Origin: the human T2T-CHM13v2.0 reference genome, Homo sapiens
Length of the DNA: 64,000 bases
Reading direction: 5' to 3' (one strand)
NCBI RefSeq assembly: GCF_009914755.1
Contig: NC_060928.1
In this document: piece after piece, positions 12,620 through 29,459 of the stretch
Layout: each line of letters begins with the position of its first letter
Position numbering within the stretch: position 1 is the stretch's first letter
Position numbers and translations under genes: made by a program
The notes under the pieces: generated by a model
The model's input: the letters and a program-made list of their open reading frames with translations, nothing else
Databases searched by the model: none
What the model was told of the DNA's origin: nothing

Positions 12620-14305
12620 ACTGCTGGGTTATAGTAGTAAATGAAACAGAATAAGGACCTGATGTCATGGAACATCCATTCTCTTAAGAGCAGACATGCA
12701 AAATAAAATAAACAAATATATAATATGATGACAGAAAGCGCTAATTTTAGGAAGACAAATAGAGCAAATCAAGATAAGAAAATGATGAGCTGTGTAGCAT
12801 GGGTTCTTACAATCATCAATGAATTCCACCATGGGGTGATATTTAAAGAGAAACGTGAACAAAATGATAGAGCAAGCCATATAAATATTTTAAAGAAGGT
12901 GATTCCAAACAGATAAAAATAGCAGATATAAAGTCCCTTATTTAAGAGAACATGTGAGGTAGGCAAGGAATAGAATAATGGTAGCAGAGAAAGAATGAGC
13001 GAGAATCTGATAATGGGAATGAAGAAAGACGTAGCCAAGAGAAAGACATGCCCTACATGTAAATTGTGCTGTGATAAGAGGCCAGTCTTTTTTCTTATTA
13101 TGATTATACTTTAAGTTCTGGGGTACATGTGCAGAACGTGGAGGTTTGTTACATAGGTGTATACATGTGCCATGGTGGTTTGCTGCACCCATCAACCTCC
13201 CATCTACATTAGGTATTTCTCCTAATGCTATCCCTCCCCTAACCCCCCACCCCCTGACAGACCTCAGTGTGTGATGTTTCCGTCCCTGTGTCCATATATT
13301 CTCGCTTTTCAACTCCCACTTATAAGTGAGAATATGCAGTGTCTGGTTTTCTGATCTTGTGTTAGTTTGCTGAGAGTGATGGTTTCCAGCTTCATCCATT
13401 GTCCCTGAAAAGGACATGAACTCATCCTTTTTTATGGCTGCATAGTATTCCATAGTGTATATGTGCCACATTTTCTTTATCCAATCTATCATTGATGGGC
13501 ATTTGGGTTGGTTGCAAGTCTTTGCTATTGTGAATAGTGCTGCAATAAACATACGTGTGCATGTGTCTTTATAATAGAATGATTTATGATCCTTTGGGTA
13601 TATACTCAGTAATGGGATTGCTGGATCAAATGGTATTTCTGGTTCTAGATCCTTGAGGAATCGCCACTCTGTCTTCTACAATGGTTGAACGAATTTACAC
13701 TTCCACCAACAGTATAAAAGTGTTCCCACTTCTCCACATCCTCTCCAGCATCTGTTGTTTCCTGACTTTTTAATGATCGCCATTCTAACTGGCGTGAGAT
13801 GATATCTCATTGTGGGAAGAGACCAGTCTTTGGGAGTGTCCAAGCAGGAGTCCTGTGACCTGATGTGCATGCGAAAAGGACCGTCTGGTGGGTGAAAGCA
13901 GGAGGAGCATGCCATGCCAGAGTCTAAGAGAAAAGTGGTGATGGCCTGAACCATGGAGGTCGCCACGAAGGTTTTAAGAAGAGGTAGGGTTTGGGATGCA
14001 CTTTAAAGGTGGAGCCGACTGGGCTTGCTTATAATGATGTGGATGTGAAGAAAGAGGTGGGTTAAGGAAGACTCAGAGGGTTGTGATCTGAGCAACTATG
14101 TAAATATAGATGACATTTTCTTAGACTAAAATCTCCAAAGGAGCAAGTTTGAGAGGAGGGTATAGAATGCAATATTACTTTTGTAAATTTTAGATGCCAT
14201 TAAAACAATCATGTGAAAATATCAAGGAGGAAGTTAATTATTAAAATCTAGAGTTTAGAAGTCAGAGTGGGGCCAGAGATTGATTTTGAAGTTATTGGTG
14301 TATGT
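12620..14305 (-). mobile_element. L2 LINE (interrupted by L1PA), tail-to-tail with the preceding L2
   Basis: Purine-rich reverse-complement L2 motifs: ggggtgatatttaaagagaaacgtgaac, tttagatgccattaaaacaatcatgtg. Confidence 0.65.
13091..13816 (-). mobile_element. 5'-truncated L1PA7/8-like 3' end
   Basis: ORF2 C-terminal peptides ([15 protein letters not shown]; FIAALFTIAK); 15-bp TSD aagaggccagtcttt (13076-13090) / aagagaccagtcttt (13817-13831). Confidence 0.93.
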
Positions 14306-16400
14306 ACTATAATTATTATTAATAAATTTCATATATTTTATATATATTCTCAGGAATTGTATTATAATTCACACAATGACTTTAACAAAGAAATCATTTT
14401 TGGATACTCACAGTGGCCCAATCAGGCCAGCCTTTTAATCTCTATTTTATAATGAAACAAACTGAGGCTCAAAAGAGTTAAAAGGCTCATCTCTCTCACC
14501 TGTAGTTAACTTCCCAGAATTCACTGGGCATGTGCCTCTGTCCTAGTGAAAGACAACTGAATAAGACAAACTCTATGCCCTCAAGCTGCTCCAAGTCTAG
14601 TGAATGTGTTAAGCAATGTAAACAAATAATTGTACTATATACATTCTAATTAATGGACTTAAACCTCAACCTGTAACTTTAGAATTCAAATTTCATGAAA
14701 GATTTTTTTTTAAATAACACAAGTAAAAGAGGAAAGCAATAAACTACACTGCTTTTTCAGCCATTCGTAGCATTGGAACTCTACCTTGACAGTGGCTGTT
14801 CTAACAGAGAGGCCATCCCTTTGCCACACCTGTCAGCTGACTTCTACTCCTCTTTGCTCTAACTGCCTGTGTCGTTGGCCTACTAGACACAAAGGTTTTT
14901 AACCAGCGCGAAGCCTTTGTGCTTTGCTTGGTGGCACAAGCTGCAATATGTGAAGTCAATCCACTCTCTAAGTCCTTCTTCCCTTCCCAACCAGAGACAT
15001 AATAGAAATACCAAATAGGAATATATGAATAGCAAGTAGGAACAAATATAATAATAGCAAATAGAAAGTTCATAGCTTCAAGTGAGGCAGTGCTAACCTG
15101 CTTTACACTTCTTGACCACCACAAAGCCTTGTTACTGAGTGTTTCCTTACCACTGAATGGGCAGTGAGCTCACTTTCTCCCAGTACTTGATGGCATGGGG
15201 GTTATCTTGACTTGAATGGGGAACTGGACAAAAAGGAGAAAGCAGTAAAAGAAGCTTCGGAGCACAACAGCCCTTGGTTCAAATCCTGGTGCTAAGTCTC
15301 AGGGAAAATCCCTTAGCAAATTGCTTCATCTGGCTATGTTAAATGAGTGAACAGCGAATGAGATTCTGTATATAAATTCACAGCATACCTGCCTCCTACC
15401 CCCTGCTCCACCCAGTAAAATAGTATGAAAGTCATCTTTCTTAACAAGAAATCCAGTTCCCCAACTCACCAGGCGCTTCTGGACATAACTCTTGGATTTC
15501 AACTCAAAGAAGCAGGCTGACCACTGAGCTGACCAGTGGTAGCCCCACTTCAGAGACAGACCTGGCTGACAGAGAAAATAAACTAGGTGAGGAGTTGTCT
15601 CCAAGGCAGTTTTATAAGTCAGATCCTTGCTAACAGCCAAAGGAAAACAGCAACTCTTTCTCCCCACTTCCCAAACTCTGTGAAATACGGTATATTTTCC
15701 AAAGTCAAGTGCTTACGGTTCTCTATTGCCTTAAGAAGCAGGAGGCCGGCAAGGAAGGGGCCTTGGGGGACGCAGGGAGGGGAGATCTATGACACATTGT
15801 TCTGAGAAGGTGGAAGAAGGATGACGGAGGTGTGTGGTCCTGCAAAGTATAGGCCAGGCGATGCCTCCCTCCCCCAGAAACTCATTTATCACCTTGATGG
15901 TTTCAGCTCATTTACAGCCAAGTTATTGTCACCCTTAAAATAATGTGGCTTGACAGGGAAAAAATGAAATCCTTGTGAAAAGTTACATAGTCATCACACT
16001 CTGGAGTCAAAATATAGACTGCAGTATCCAAACACCGGGGCCTGGGTACAGCGGGGGTGGTATTTCCTCTCTCCTGCAGGCTTTGGTTTTAGAACAGGAC
16101 ATTAACATTTATGTCATGTTAACGTGCACCTAGGCATGGCGTGTGGCCTCCTGCCATGGACACAGAGAAACACATGCCCCAGCACTGCCTCAGCACGACC
16201 GCCAAGACTTTCAGTATAAATGGAGACGCGTGTTTCCTTGCCCAGAGAGTTAATAGCGGGCGACGACATAAATGTTTGGTCATCCCCCAGTGCACAGACT
16301 CCATTTCACATGTCAGGGAAGTACTAAATCTTGCCCCGCTACAAGCAGCAACTGATTTTTGACATCAGAACCAATTAAGCCAAAGCCTTCTCAGCTTGGA

Positions 16401-16445
16401 ACCCCCAAAACATCCTAGGCACCCCCAAAACATCCTAGGCACCCC
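16401..16445. repeat. Exact 20-bp tandem duplication acccccaaaacatcctaggc, two copies plus a partial
   Basis: Directly visible. Confidence 0.95.
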
Positions 16446-16620
16446 ATTTAACTAGCTGTGTGACCTTGATTGACTTTCGTTAGCCTCAGTATCCCCAAGT
16501 GTAAAATGGTGATAGCTGAGTGTACCAGCATTGTTTATTGCAAAGAGGAAATACAAAACTGTATGCAAAAGAGTTTGTCTTGGTTTCTGGCACACAGCAA
16601 ACATCCAGTACAAGGGATTT
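16445..16620 (+). mobile_element. MIR SINE
   Basis: actagctgtgtgaccttg...gcctcagtatccccaagtgtaaaatggtgata. Confidence 0.8.
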
Positions 16621-17353
16621 TTCTTCCCTTCCAGTTTCTGTCTTGTCTTTAATACCTTTACATCTGGGCTCTAAGAACCTCAGTCCCATAGAGCAAAACT
16701 AATTTCCTATCACTGCATAATAGTCAGAACCTGCCAACATGACTATGTGCCTTGTTTTCTATTCTGCACAGCCTGGAAGGAGACCAAAGCAACAAGGAGA
16801 GCCATCTCACTGGAGAGGCAGGACTGACTGGCTAAAGGAGCCCAGTGAAGAGGTGGCAAGTACCTGGGGTGCAGCGCCTATCCCTCCCAGCAAGCCCTCT
16901 GCCTCCCACCCACTGTCCACTTTGCTCCCCAGAAAGATTGCAAAGCATCACATAACTATGCCTTTTCTGCTTTAGCTTCATCTGCCTGAAATTCCTTCCT
17001 TTTATTTTCCCTTGCTGAGCTATTCATCTTTCCAGAACAGCAGTCGGAACTCTACGTCCTCCACAAAGAGCTTTACAGCTCCCTCTGACCTTTTGGGGGC
17101 CCACTCTGTATCCTCTCCATGGTTCTATCACTTTGTAAAACACTGAATTCTAACTGTTCAGTTGCCTGCTCCTCACCTCATTCTCTCTTGCTGTTTCATA
17201 AGGGCGGGGCTTTGTCTCTGTTTCTGTGGTGTCCCTAGCACCTCTCCCAGTCAGTAGCGCACATACATTCCTCAGGAAATGTTTGGGAAAATGTATTTAA
17301 ACATATGCAGTACAGATAATTCTACAAAATCATAGTCGTTAGTTGATCCCATG

Positions 17354-17355
<2 letters not shown>

Positions 17356-17391
<36 letters not shown>
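17356..17391. repeat. (GT)n microsatellite, about 18 units
   Basis: Directly visible. Confidence 0.98.
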
Positions 17392-17393
<2 letters not shown>

Positions 17394-17582
17394 CAATGAA
17401 TAATCTGTAATATAACTAAGTCTCTTAATGAGCCATTTGTAATATGTTTATAAATCTCTCCATATCCATATATGTTTCAGTTACAAAGAATACAAAGAGA
17501 AAACAGAAAGCAATAAGCAAATCTGGATTTCACTCAATAAACAAATATTTACTGAGAGGCACCTGTAAGAGTCTGAATAAAA
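17389..17582 (+). repeat. Source copy of duplicated segment A (copied at 26325-26518)
   Basis: Manual ungapped alignment: 11 substitutions in 194 bp. Confidence 0.95.
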
Positions 17583-17612
17583 GATGGGTTTTAGTCCTCG
17601 CTCAATAACTGA

Positions 17613-17940
<328 letters not shown>

Positions 17941-18059
17941 CACTAAAGTTGATTTTCTATTAACTGAAAATGAGAAGAATAATACCTATATTGTTTACCT
18001 CAAAATTCTCTGAGGATAAAATAAAATGCATATAAAAGCTTATTAAAAACAACAGTGCT

Positions 18060-18964
18060 GGATAGAGGAGCCAAGATGGCCAAATAGGAACGGGCCCGGT
18101 CTACAGCTCCCAGCGTGAGCGACACAGAAGAGGGGTGATTTCTGCATTTCCATCTGAGGTACCGGGTTCATCTCACTAGGGAGTGCCAGACAGTGGGCGC
18201 AGGTCAGTGGGTGCAGCGCACCATGCATGAGCCGAAGCAGGGCGAGGCATTGCCTCACTCGGGAAGTGCAAGGGGTCAGGGAGTTCCCTTTCCTAGTCAA
18301 AGAAAGGGGTGACAGACGGCACCTGGAAAATCGGGTCACTCCCACCCTAATACTGCGCTTTTCCGACGGGCTTAAAAAACGGCGCACCAGGAGATTATAT
18401 CCCACACCTGGCTCGGAGGGTCCTATGCCCACGGAGTCTCCCTGATTGCTAGCACAGCAGTCTGAGATCAAACTGCAAGGTGGCAGCGAGGCTGGGGGGG
18501 TGGGGTGCCCGCCATTGCCCAGGCTTGCTTAGGTAAACAAAGCAGCCAGGAAGCTCGAACTGGGTGGAGCCCACCACAGCTCAAGGAGGCCTGCCTGCCT
18601 CTGTAGGCTCCACCTCTGGGGGCAGGGCACAGACAAACAAAAAGCAGTAACCTGCAGACTTAAATGTCCCTGTCTGACAGCTTTGAAGAGAGCAGTGGTT
18701 CTCCCAGCACGCAGCTGGAGATCTGAGAACGGGCAGACTGCCTCCTCAAGTGGGTCCCTGACCCCTGACACCCGAGCAGCCTAACTGGGAGGCACCCCCC
18801 AGCAGGGGCACACTGACACCTCACACGGCCGGATACTCCAACACACCTGCAGCTGAGGGTCCTGTCTGTTAGAAGGAAAACTAACAAACAGAAAGGACAT
18901 CCACACCAAAAACCCATCTGTACATCACCATCATCAAAGACCAAAAGTAGATAAAACCACAAAG
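18060..18964 (+). promoter_or_regulatory. L1 5'UTR internal sense/antisense promoter, CpG-rich, YY1 site at 18071-18081
   Basis: ccaagatggcc YY1 motif; many retained CpGs; known L1 architecture. Confidence 0.8.
18292..18515 (-). pseudogene. L1 ORF0 homolog (antisense), frameshifted
   Basis: Track peptide ISDCCASNQGDSVGIGPSEPGVGYNLLVRRFLS...RVGVTRFSRC matches recalled ORF0; ATG at 18515 is out of frame with it because the G-run at 18494-18500 is longer. Confidence 0.8.
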
Positions 18965-19981
18965 ATGGGGAAAAAACAGAGCAGAAAAACTGGAAACTCT
19001 AAAAAGCAGAGTGCCTCTCCTCCTACAAAGGAATGTAGTTCCTCACCAGCAACGGAACAAAGCTGGACAGAGAATGAATTTGACGAGCTGAGAGAAGAAG
19101 GCTTCAGACGATCAAACTACTCCAAGCTATGGGAGGACATTCAAACCAAAGGCAAAGAAGTTGAAAACTTTGAAAAAAATTTAGAAGAATGTATAACTAG
19201 AATAACCAATACAGAGAAGTGCTTAAAGGAGCTGATGGACCTGAAAACCAAGGCTCGAGAACTATGTGAAGAATGCAGAAGCCTCAGGAGCCGATGTAAT
19301 CAACCGGAAGAAAGGGTATCAGCGATGGAAGATGAAATGAATGAAATGAAGCGAGAAGGGAAGTTTAGAGAAAAAAGAATAAAACGAAACGAGCAAAGCC
19401 TACAAGAAATATGGGACTATGTGAAAAGACCAAATCTATGTCTGACTGGTGTACCTGAAAGTGACAGGGAGAATGGAACGAAGTTGGAAAACACTCTGCA
19501 GGATATTATCCAGGAGAACTTCCCCAATCTAGCAAGGCAGGCCAACATTCAGATTCAGGAAATACAGAGAACTCCACAAAGATACTCCTCGAGAAGAGCA
19601 ACTCCAAGACACATAATTGTCAGATTCACCAAAGTTGAAATGAAGGAAAAAATGTTAAGGGCAGCCAGAGAGAAAGGTCGGGTTACCCTCAAAGGGAAGC
19701 CCATCAGACTAACAGCGGATCTCTAGGCAGAAACTCTACAAGCCAGAAGAGAGTGGGGGCCAATATTCAACATTCTTAAAGAAAAGAATTTTCAATCCAG
19801 AATTTCATATCCAGCCAAACTAAGCTTCACAAGTGAAGGAGAAATAAACTACTTTACAGACAAGCAAATGCTGAGAGATTTTGTCACCACCAGGCCTGCC
19901 CTAAAAGAGCTCCTGAAGGAAGCACTAAACATGGAAAGGAACAACCGGTACCAGCCGCTGCAAAATCATGCCAAAATGTAA
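18965..19981 (+). pseudogene. L1 ORF1p (RNA-binding chaperone) with a premature TAG at 19724-19726
   Basis: MGKKQSRKTGNSKKQSASPP...; span of 1017 nt equals the canonical 338 aa; one nonsense change. Confidence 0.95.
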
Positions 19982-20044
19982 AGACCATCGAGACTAGGAA
20001 GAAACTGCATCAACTAACGAGCAAAATAACCAGCTAACATCATA

Positions 20045-23869
<3,825 letters not shown>

Positions 23870-24497
23870 ACAATGAGAACACATGGACACAGGAAGGGGA
23901 ACATCACACTCTGGGGACTGTTGTGGGGTGGGCAGAGGGGGGAGGGATAGCATTGGGAGATATACCTAATGCTAGACGGCAAGTTAGTGGGTGCAGCACA
24001 CCAGCATGGCACATGTATACATATGTAACTAACTTGCACATTGTGCACATGTACCCTAAAACTTAAAGTATAATAATAATAAATAAAACAGTGCTCTATA
24101 AATCCAAGAGGTATTCTATATACTTATTAGCATATATAACTATACCTTGTGGTGATTGTCCCATATGATTACTGACAAATTTAATGAAGAGGTAATTAAT
24201 GAAAAATGTAAGAAGTTAACTATATTTAAAGCAAAGTCTAATTTAAGTGATGTTAAGTGATGTTTTTATTCACTCAGTAGAATGCTACAAAATTAAAAAC
24301 AGGTTTTAACAACTAACAGACAAATAGAAAGTCCTTACGATACATATTTGGTTTTAAAAAGGTAGGACCTGCAATTGAATATACACTACAGTAGGCACTT
24401 TACAAATTAAATATGAGCATATGAGCATAAGAATTTACTGAAATGTAAAAAATAAAAATAAAGTCTTTAGGTTGGCTGATAGCAAGTGGTGCTAGGC

Positions 24498-24825
<328 letters not shown>

Positions 24826-25332
24826 AGGCTTTGTCTTCTACAATCTAATATGCTGTTCTTCTTTTGCAAGTAAAGATTATGGAATGTTTTTAAAATTTAG
24901 AATTGCACAATATTAGAATAGCTTTCAAAACCAATTTTTTTGTTTTGAAATATTGACATTTAAAAGGAAATTTTAAATCTTTTCAATTAACAACTCACTG
25001 ATTATATTTAGATCATTGGAATTGTGTAGGAAGTTGCATTTCATTTCAATAATTTGGATTATTCTGTAAGAAATACCAGTATTTCAAATTCAGTGACAAG
25101 GGAATTAAATAAGTATATGGTTATTAAATAAGATTATGATAAACTTTAATCACTTCTAGTGCTAATATTATATAATTAAAACAATATCATAAGGTGACTT
25201 TTGTTTTCATCTCTTTACAAATTACTGGCATGCATACAGATTTATCCAAACGTAATATTTAAATACTGAGTGAGTCGAAGTGGAAAGCAGAAGAGAAAAT
25301 GAATCTGCATATATTATATTAGCAAAGATCTC

Positions 25333-25688
25333 TTCAGGTTTGGTTTGAATATGTCCCCCCAAAAAGCATGTATTGGATACTTACGCCTCAATGCAACACT
25401 GCTGGAAGTTGGGGTGTAACATGAGGTGTTTAAGTCTAGAGGGCTCCACCTTTAGGAATGGATTCATGATGATTATAAAAAGGCTTAAGGATGGGAGTTT
25501 GAGCTCTTGCTTTTTTCTAATATTCTCACCTTCCACTACAAGATGATACAGCAGGAATGCCCTCACCAGATATCAGCCCTTTGCTCTTGGATGCCCCACT
25601 CTTCAAAACTATGAGCCAGCACATTTCTGTTGTGGAAATTACCCAGTCTCAGATATTTTGTTCAAGCAGCACAAAATGAACAAAGAAA
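25333..25688 (+). mobile_element. MSTC/MSTD-like MaLR solo LTR
   Basis: tggtttgaatatgtccccccaaaaagcatgtattgga...aattacccagtctcagatattttgttcaagcagcacaaaatg. Confidence 0.8.
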
Positions 25689-25809
25689 ATTTCTGTAGAT
25701 TTAGCAATCCAAGAAGTTAAAGTTGTCACAATATCTGTTGTCTTAAGCCCAGGTTTATTGCTAGACACAATATAGACATGACATATTCATATATTGTCCT
25801 CTGCAAAGT

Positions 25810-25979
25810 GTAATACAACATTGGCTGAGTATGCATTTAGAACACAAATGCTCTGGTTCAAATCCTGTATCTATAATCTACTTCTTAGATTTGTTAGTTA
25901 AACTCTGTGAATTGTTATTTCTTTTAAGATAAAGAGGGTAATATGTACCTTGTTAGTCTTATTAGGAATAAATGGGTTA
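25810..25979 (+). mobile_element. MIR SINE
   Basis: ctggttcaaatcctg...gggtaatatgtacct...ttaggaataaatgggtta. Confidence 0.65.
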
Positions 25980-26298
25980 GGCTGGGTACAGTGGCTCATG
26001 CCTGTAATGCCAGCACTTTCAGATGCTGAGGCCAGAAGATAGATTTAACCCAGTGGATAGCTTGAATCCAATATAGCGAAACCCCACCTGTTGTATATAT
26101 AGTTGTGTATATATATACAAATATATACAAATAAATTAGCTGGGCGTGGTGATACCTGCCTGTAGTCCCAGCTACTTGGGAAGCTAAAGTGGGAGGATCA
26201 CTTGAGCCTAGGTCAAGGCTGCAGTAGCTACAATCATCCCACTGCACTCCAGCCTGGGCAACAGAGTGAGACCTTACCTCAAAAAAAAAAAAAAAAAA
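25980..26298 (+). mobile_element. AluJ with degenerate left arm and TA-microsatellite linker
   Basis: J-type right arm ggaggatcacttgagcctaggtcaaggctgcag, polyA. Confidence 0.88.
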
Positions 26299-26324
26299 GG
26301 GTGATTAGATGTGATGAGTAATCC

Positions 26325-26880
26325 TGTAACAATGAATAATTTATAATATAACTAAGTCTTTTAATGAACCATTTGTAATATGTTTATAAATCTCTCCATA
26401 TCCATATATGTTTCAGTTACAAAGAATACAAAGAGAAAAGAGAAAGCAATAAGCAAATCTGGATTTCACTCAGTAAACAAATATTTATTGAGAGGCACAT
26501 ATAAAAGCCTGAATAAAAAACACAAAGATATTAAATATACAAAATAAAATACTGGAAAGTTAAGTTCAGAAGAACCAATATGTAAATAATAAGTTTCAGA
26601 GAGAGAAAAGAGAGGAATTAAAAGCAGGAAATTAAAAATGTAATAGTATAATAAAATTTTCTCAGTGCTAAAGGATATGAACTTCTCAATTGAAAAGACC
26701 TACAGAATGCTTAAAACAACAGATAAACAATGTCCTAGGTAAAATATTGGCAATATGACCCATGGGCCAAATCTTCCTTGCCATCTATTTTTGAAAATAA
26801 AAAAAGTGTTTCATTGGAACACATTCATGCCCATGTGGTTATGTATGCCCATGTGGTTATGTATGCCCATGTGGTTATGC
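26325..26880 (+). repeat. Composite local templated insertion: copy of 17389-17582, copy of 31077-31396, then 18-bp unit x3
   Basis: Manual alignments (about 94% and about 90% identity); atgcccatgtggttatgt at 26827-26844, 26845-26862 and 26863-26879. Confidence 0.92.
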
Positions 26881-27261
26881 ACATAGAGACTTATTTCAGT
26901 TTTTTTGTTCATATGTTTGTTTTTATTAATGGACAGAGAATATAATAAATGTTTTACATTTTTAATACATCTAAAAAGTGAGAATTGGTATTTCCATTTT
27001 TTTTTAAATTTTGAAGAATGGCTTCTAAATTACCTTGAGGAATTCAAAAATAATTATACTAAATCCAAACTAGCCAAATTAAGTGCCTGACAAAGATTCT
27101 GCAGAAGGAAAATAAGACAAATGAAGTTGAGCACAGAAGGGAAAAATAGAAGTAGGATATATCACTAATTTCATAATTTGGTCTTCTTACACTCCAGTCC
27201 CACTGCAAGATAACCACATAGCCTAAACAGTTACTCTTAAAATATACATGGGGAAAAGATA

Positions 27262-27264
<3 letters not shown>

Positions 27265-27298
<34 letters not shown>

Positions 27299-27389
27299 TT
27301 ATTTATATAAGCATCTATATAACCCTGTGGGTATACATATATGCACACACACATACACAGATATATATACACATATAAATATATATATG
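27265..27389. repeat. (GT)n plus TA/CA low-complexity tract
   Basis: Directly visible. Confidence 0.9.
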
Positions 27390-27598
27390 TAGGCATGTGT
27401 TACTTAACAACAGGAATACATTTACACGCTGGGCAAAACATCATATAGGCAATTTTTTCAGTGTGCAAACATCATAAAATGTAAAGGATGTAGCCTACTA
27501 CATGCCTAAGCTATATGATATAGCCTGTTGCTCTTAGGCTACAAACCTGGACAGCTTGTTACTGCACTGATACTACAGGCAATTGTAAAACAATGATA

Positions 27599-27900
<302 letters not shown>

Positions 27901-27974
27901 TTATATATCTAAACATAGAAAAGGTATAATAAAAATACCATATAAATCATAAAAAATACACCTGTATAGGGCAC

Positions 27975-28375
27975 TGTATTAATCCATTTTCACTCTGCTG
28001 TAAAGAACTTCCTGAGATTGGGTAATTTATGAAGAAAGAGGTTTAATTGTCTCACAGTTCCATAGGCTTAACAGGAAGCATGACTGGGAGGCCTCCCATC
28101 ATGCTTACAATGTAGGGAGGCCTACAATCATGGCGGAAGGCAAAGGGGAGGAAGTAAGCACCTTCTTCACTTGGTGGCAGAAGAGACAGCAAAGGGGGAA
28201 CTGCCAGACACTTTTAAACCATCAGATCTTGTGAGAATTCACTCACTATCACAAGAACAGCATGGGGGAAACTGCTGTCATGATCCAATCACCTCCCACC
28301 AGGTCCCTTCCCCAATATGTGGGGATTACAGTTCGACATGAGATTTGGGTGGGGACACAGAGCCAAACCATATCA
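27975..28375 (-). mobile_element. MSTA-like solo LTR
   Basis: tgtatt...ccatatca ends; TSD ggcac / gtcac. Confidence 0.88.
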
Positions 28376-29091
28376 GTCACTTATCATGAATAAAACTTTG
28401 CAGACTGGAAGTTTCTCTGAGTGAATCAGTAAGTGAATGTGAAGGCCTAGGACATTACTTTATACTGCTGTAGATGTTATAAACACTGTACACTTAAGCT
28501 ACACTAAATGTATTAAAATATATTTTCTTTCTTCAAAAACAAGTTAACCTTAGCTTACTATAACATTTACCTTATAATGTTTTTCAATTTTTTTTAACTT
28601 TTTTGACTCTATCGTAATAACAATTTAAAATACAAGCATGCTGTATAGCTGTAGCAAAATATTTTATTTCTATATATCCTTATTCAATAAGCTTTTCTCT
28701 TTCTTTTTTTGCTTTTTAAGCTTTTTTATTAAAAAATGAAGACACTAACACACATATTAGCCTAGGCCTACACAAGACTGAGATCATCAATAACTGTCTG
28801 CCACCTCTGCATCTTATCACACTGGAAGGTGCTCAGGAAGAATGCAAATGCAACTATCATCTATGAAAACAATGCCTTCTGAAATACTCCCTGAAGCATC
28901 TGTCTGAGGCTGTTTTATTCTAACCTTTTTTTAATAAGTAAAAGGAGTACACTATAAAATAATGGTAAACATATAGTATAGTAAATACATAAACCAATAA
29001 TATAGCTATTTATTATAATTATCAAGTATTATGTACTCTACATACTTGTATGTGCTATATAATTCATACAATGACAACACAATACATTTGT

Positions 29092-29459
29092 TGATATGGT
29101 TTAACTGTGTCCCCTCCACAATCTCATCTTGAAATGTAGCTCCCACAATTCCCATGTGTTGTGGGAGGGACCTGGGGGGAGGTAATTGAATCATGAGGAT
29201 GGGTCTTTCTTGTGCTGTTCTCCAGATAGCGAATAAGTCTCATGAGATCTCATTGTTTTATAAGATGGAGTTTCCCTGCACAAGCTGTCTCTTTGCCTGC
29301 TGCTATCCATGTCAGATGTGACTTGCTCCTCCTTGCCTTCCACCATGATTGTGAGGCCTGCCCAGCCATGTGGAACTGTGAGTCCAATAAGCCTCTTTCC
29401 TGTATAAATACCTAGCCTCAGGTATGTTTTTATTAGCAGCATAAAAATGAACTAATACA
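29092..29459 (+). mobile_element. THE1B-like solo LTR
   Basis: tgatatgg...actaataca; exact TSD tttgt at 29087-29091 and 29460-29464. Confidence 0.9.

Noticed and set aside
12938-13552. 204-aa minus-strand ORF
   Set aside because: L1 ORF2 C-terminus frameshifted into the 3'UTR and flanking L2.
16045-16065. CTCF site (tacagcgggggtgg)
   Set aside because: Poor match to the core motif; needs a gap.
26325-26518. Segment A as an L1-mediated transduction
   Set aside because: The source lies upstream of the L1, the copy is 2.2 kb beyond the intact L1 TSD, has no polyA or TSD, and its divergence looks older than the L1.
26827-26880. CRISPR-like array from the repeated 18-mer
   Set aside because: Units are directly adjacent with no spacers; eukaryotic context; no cas genes.
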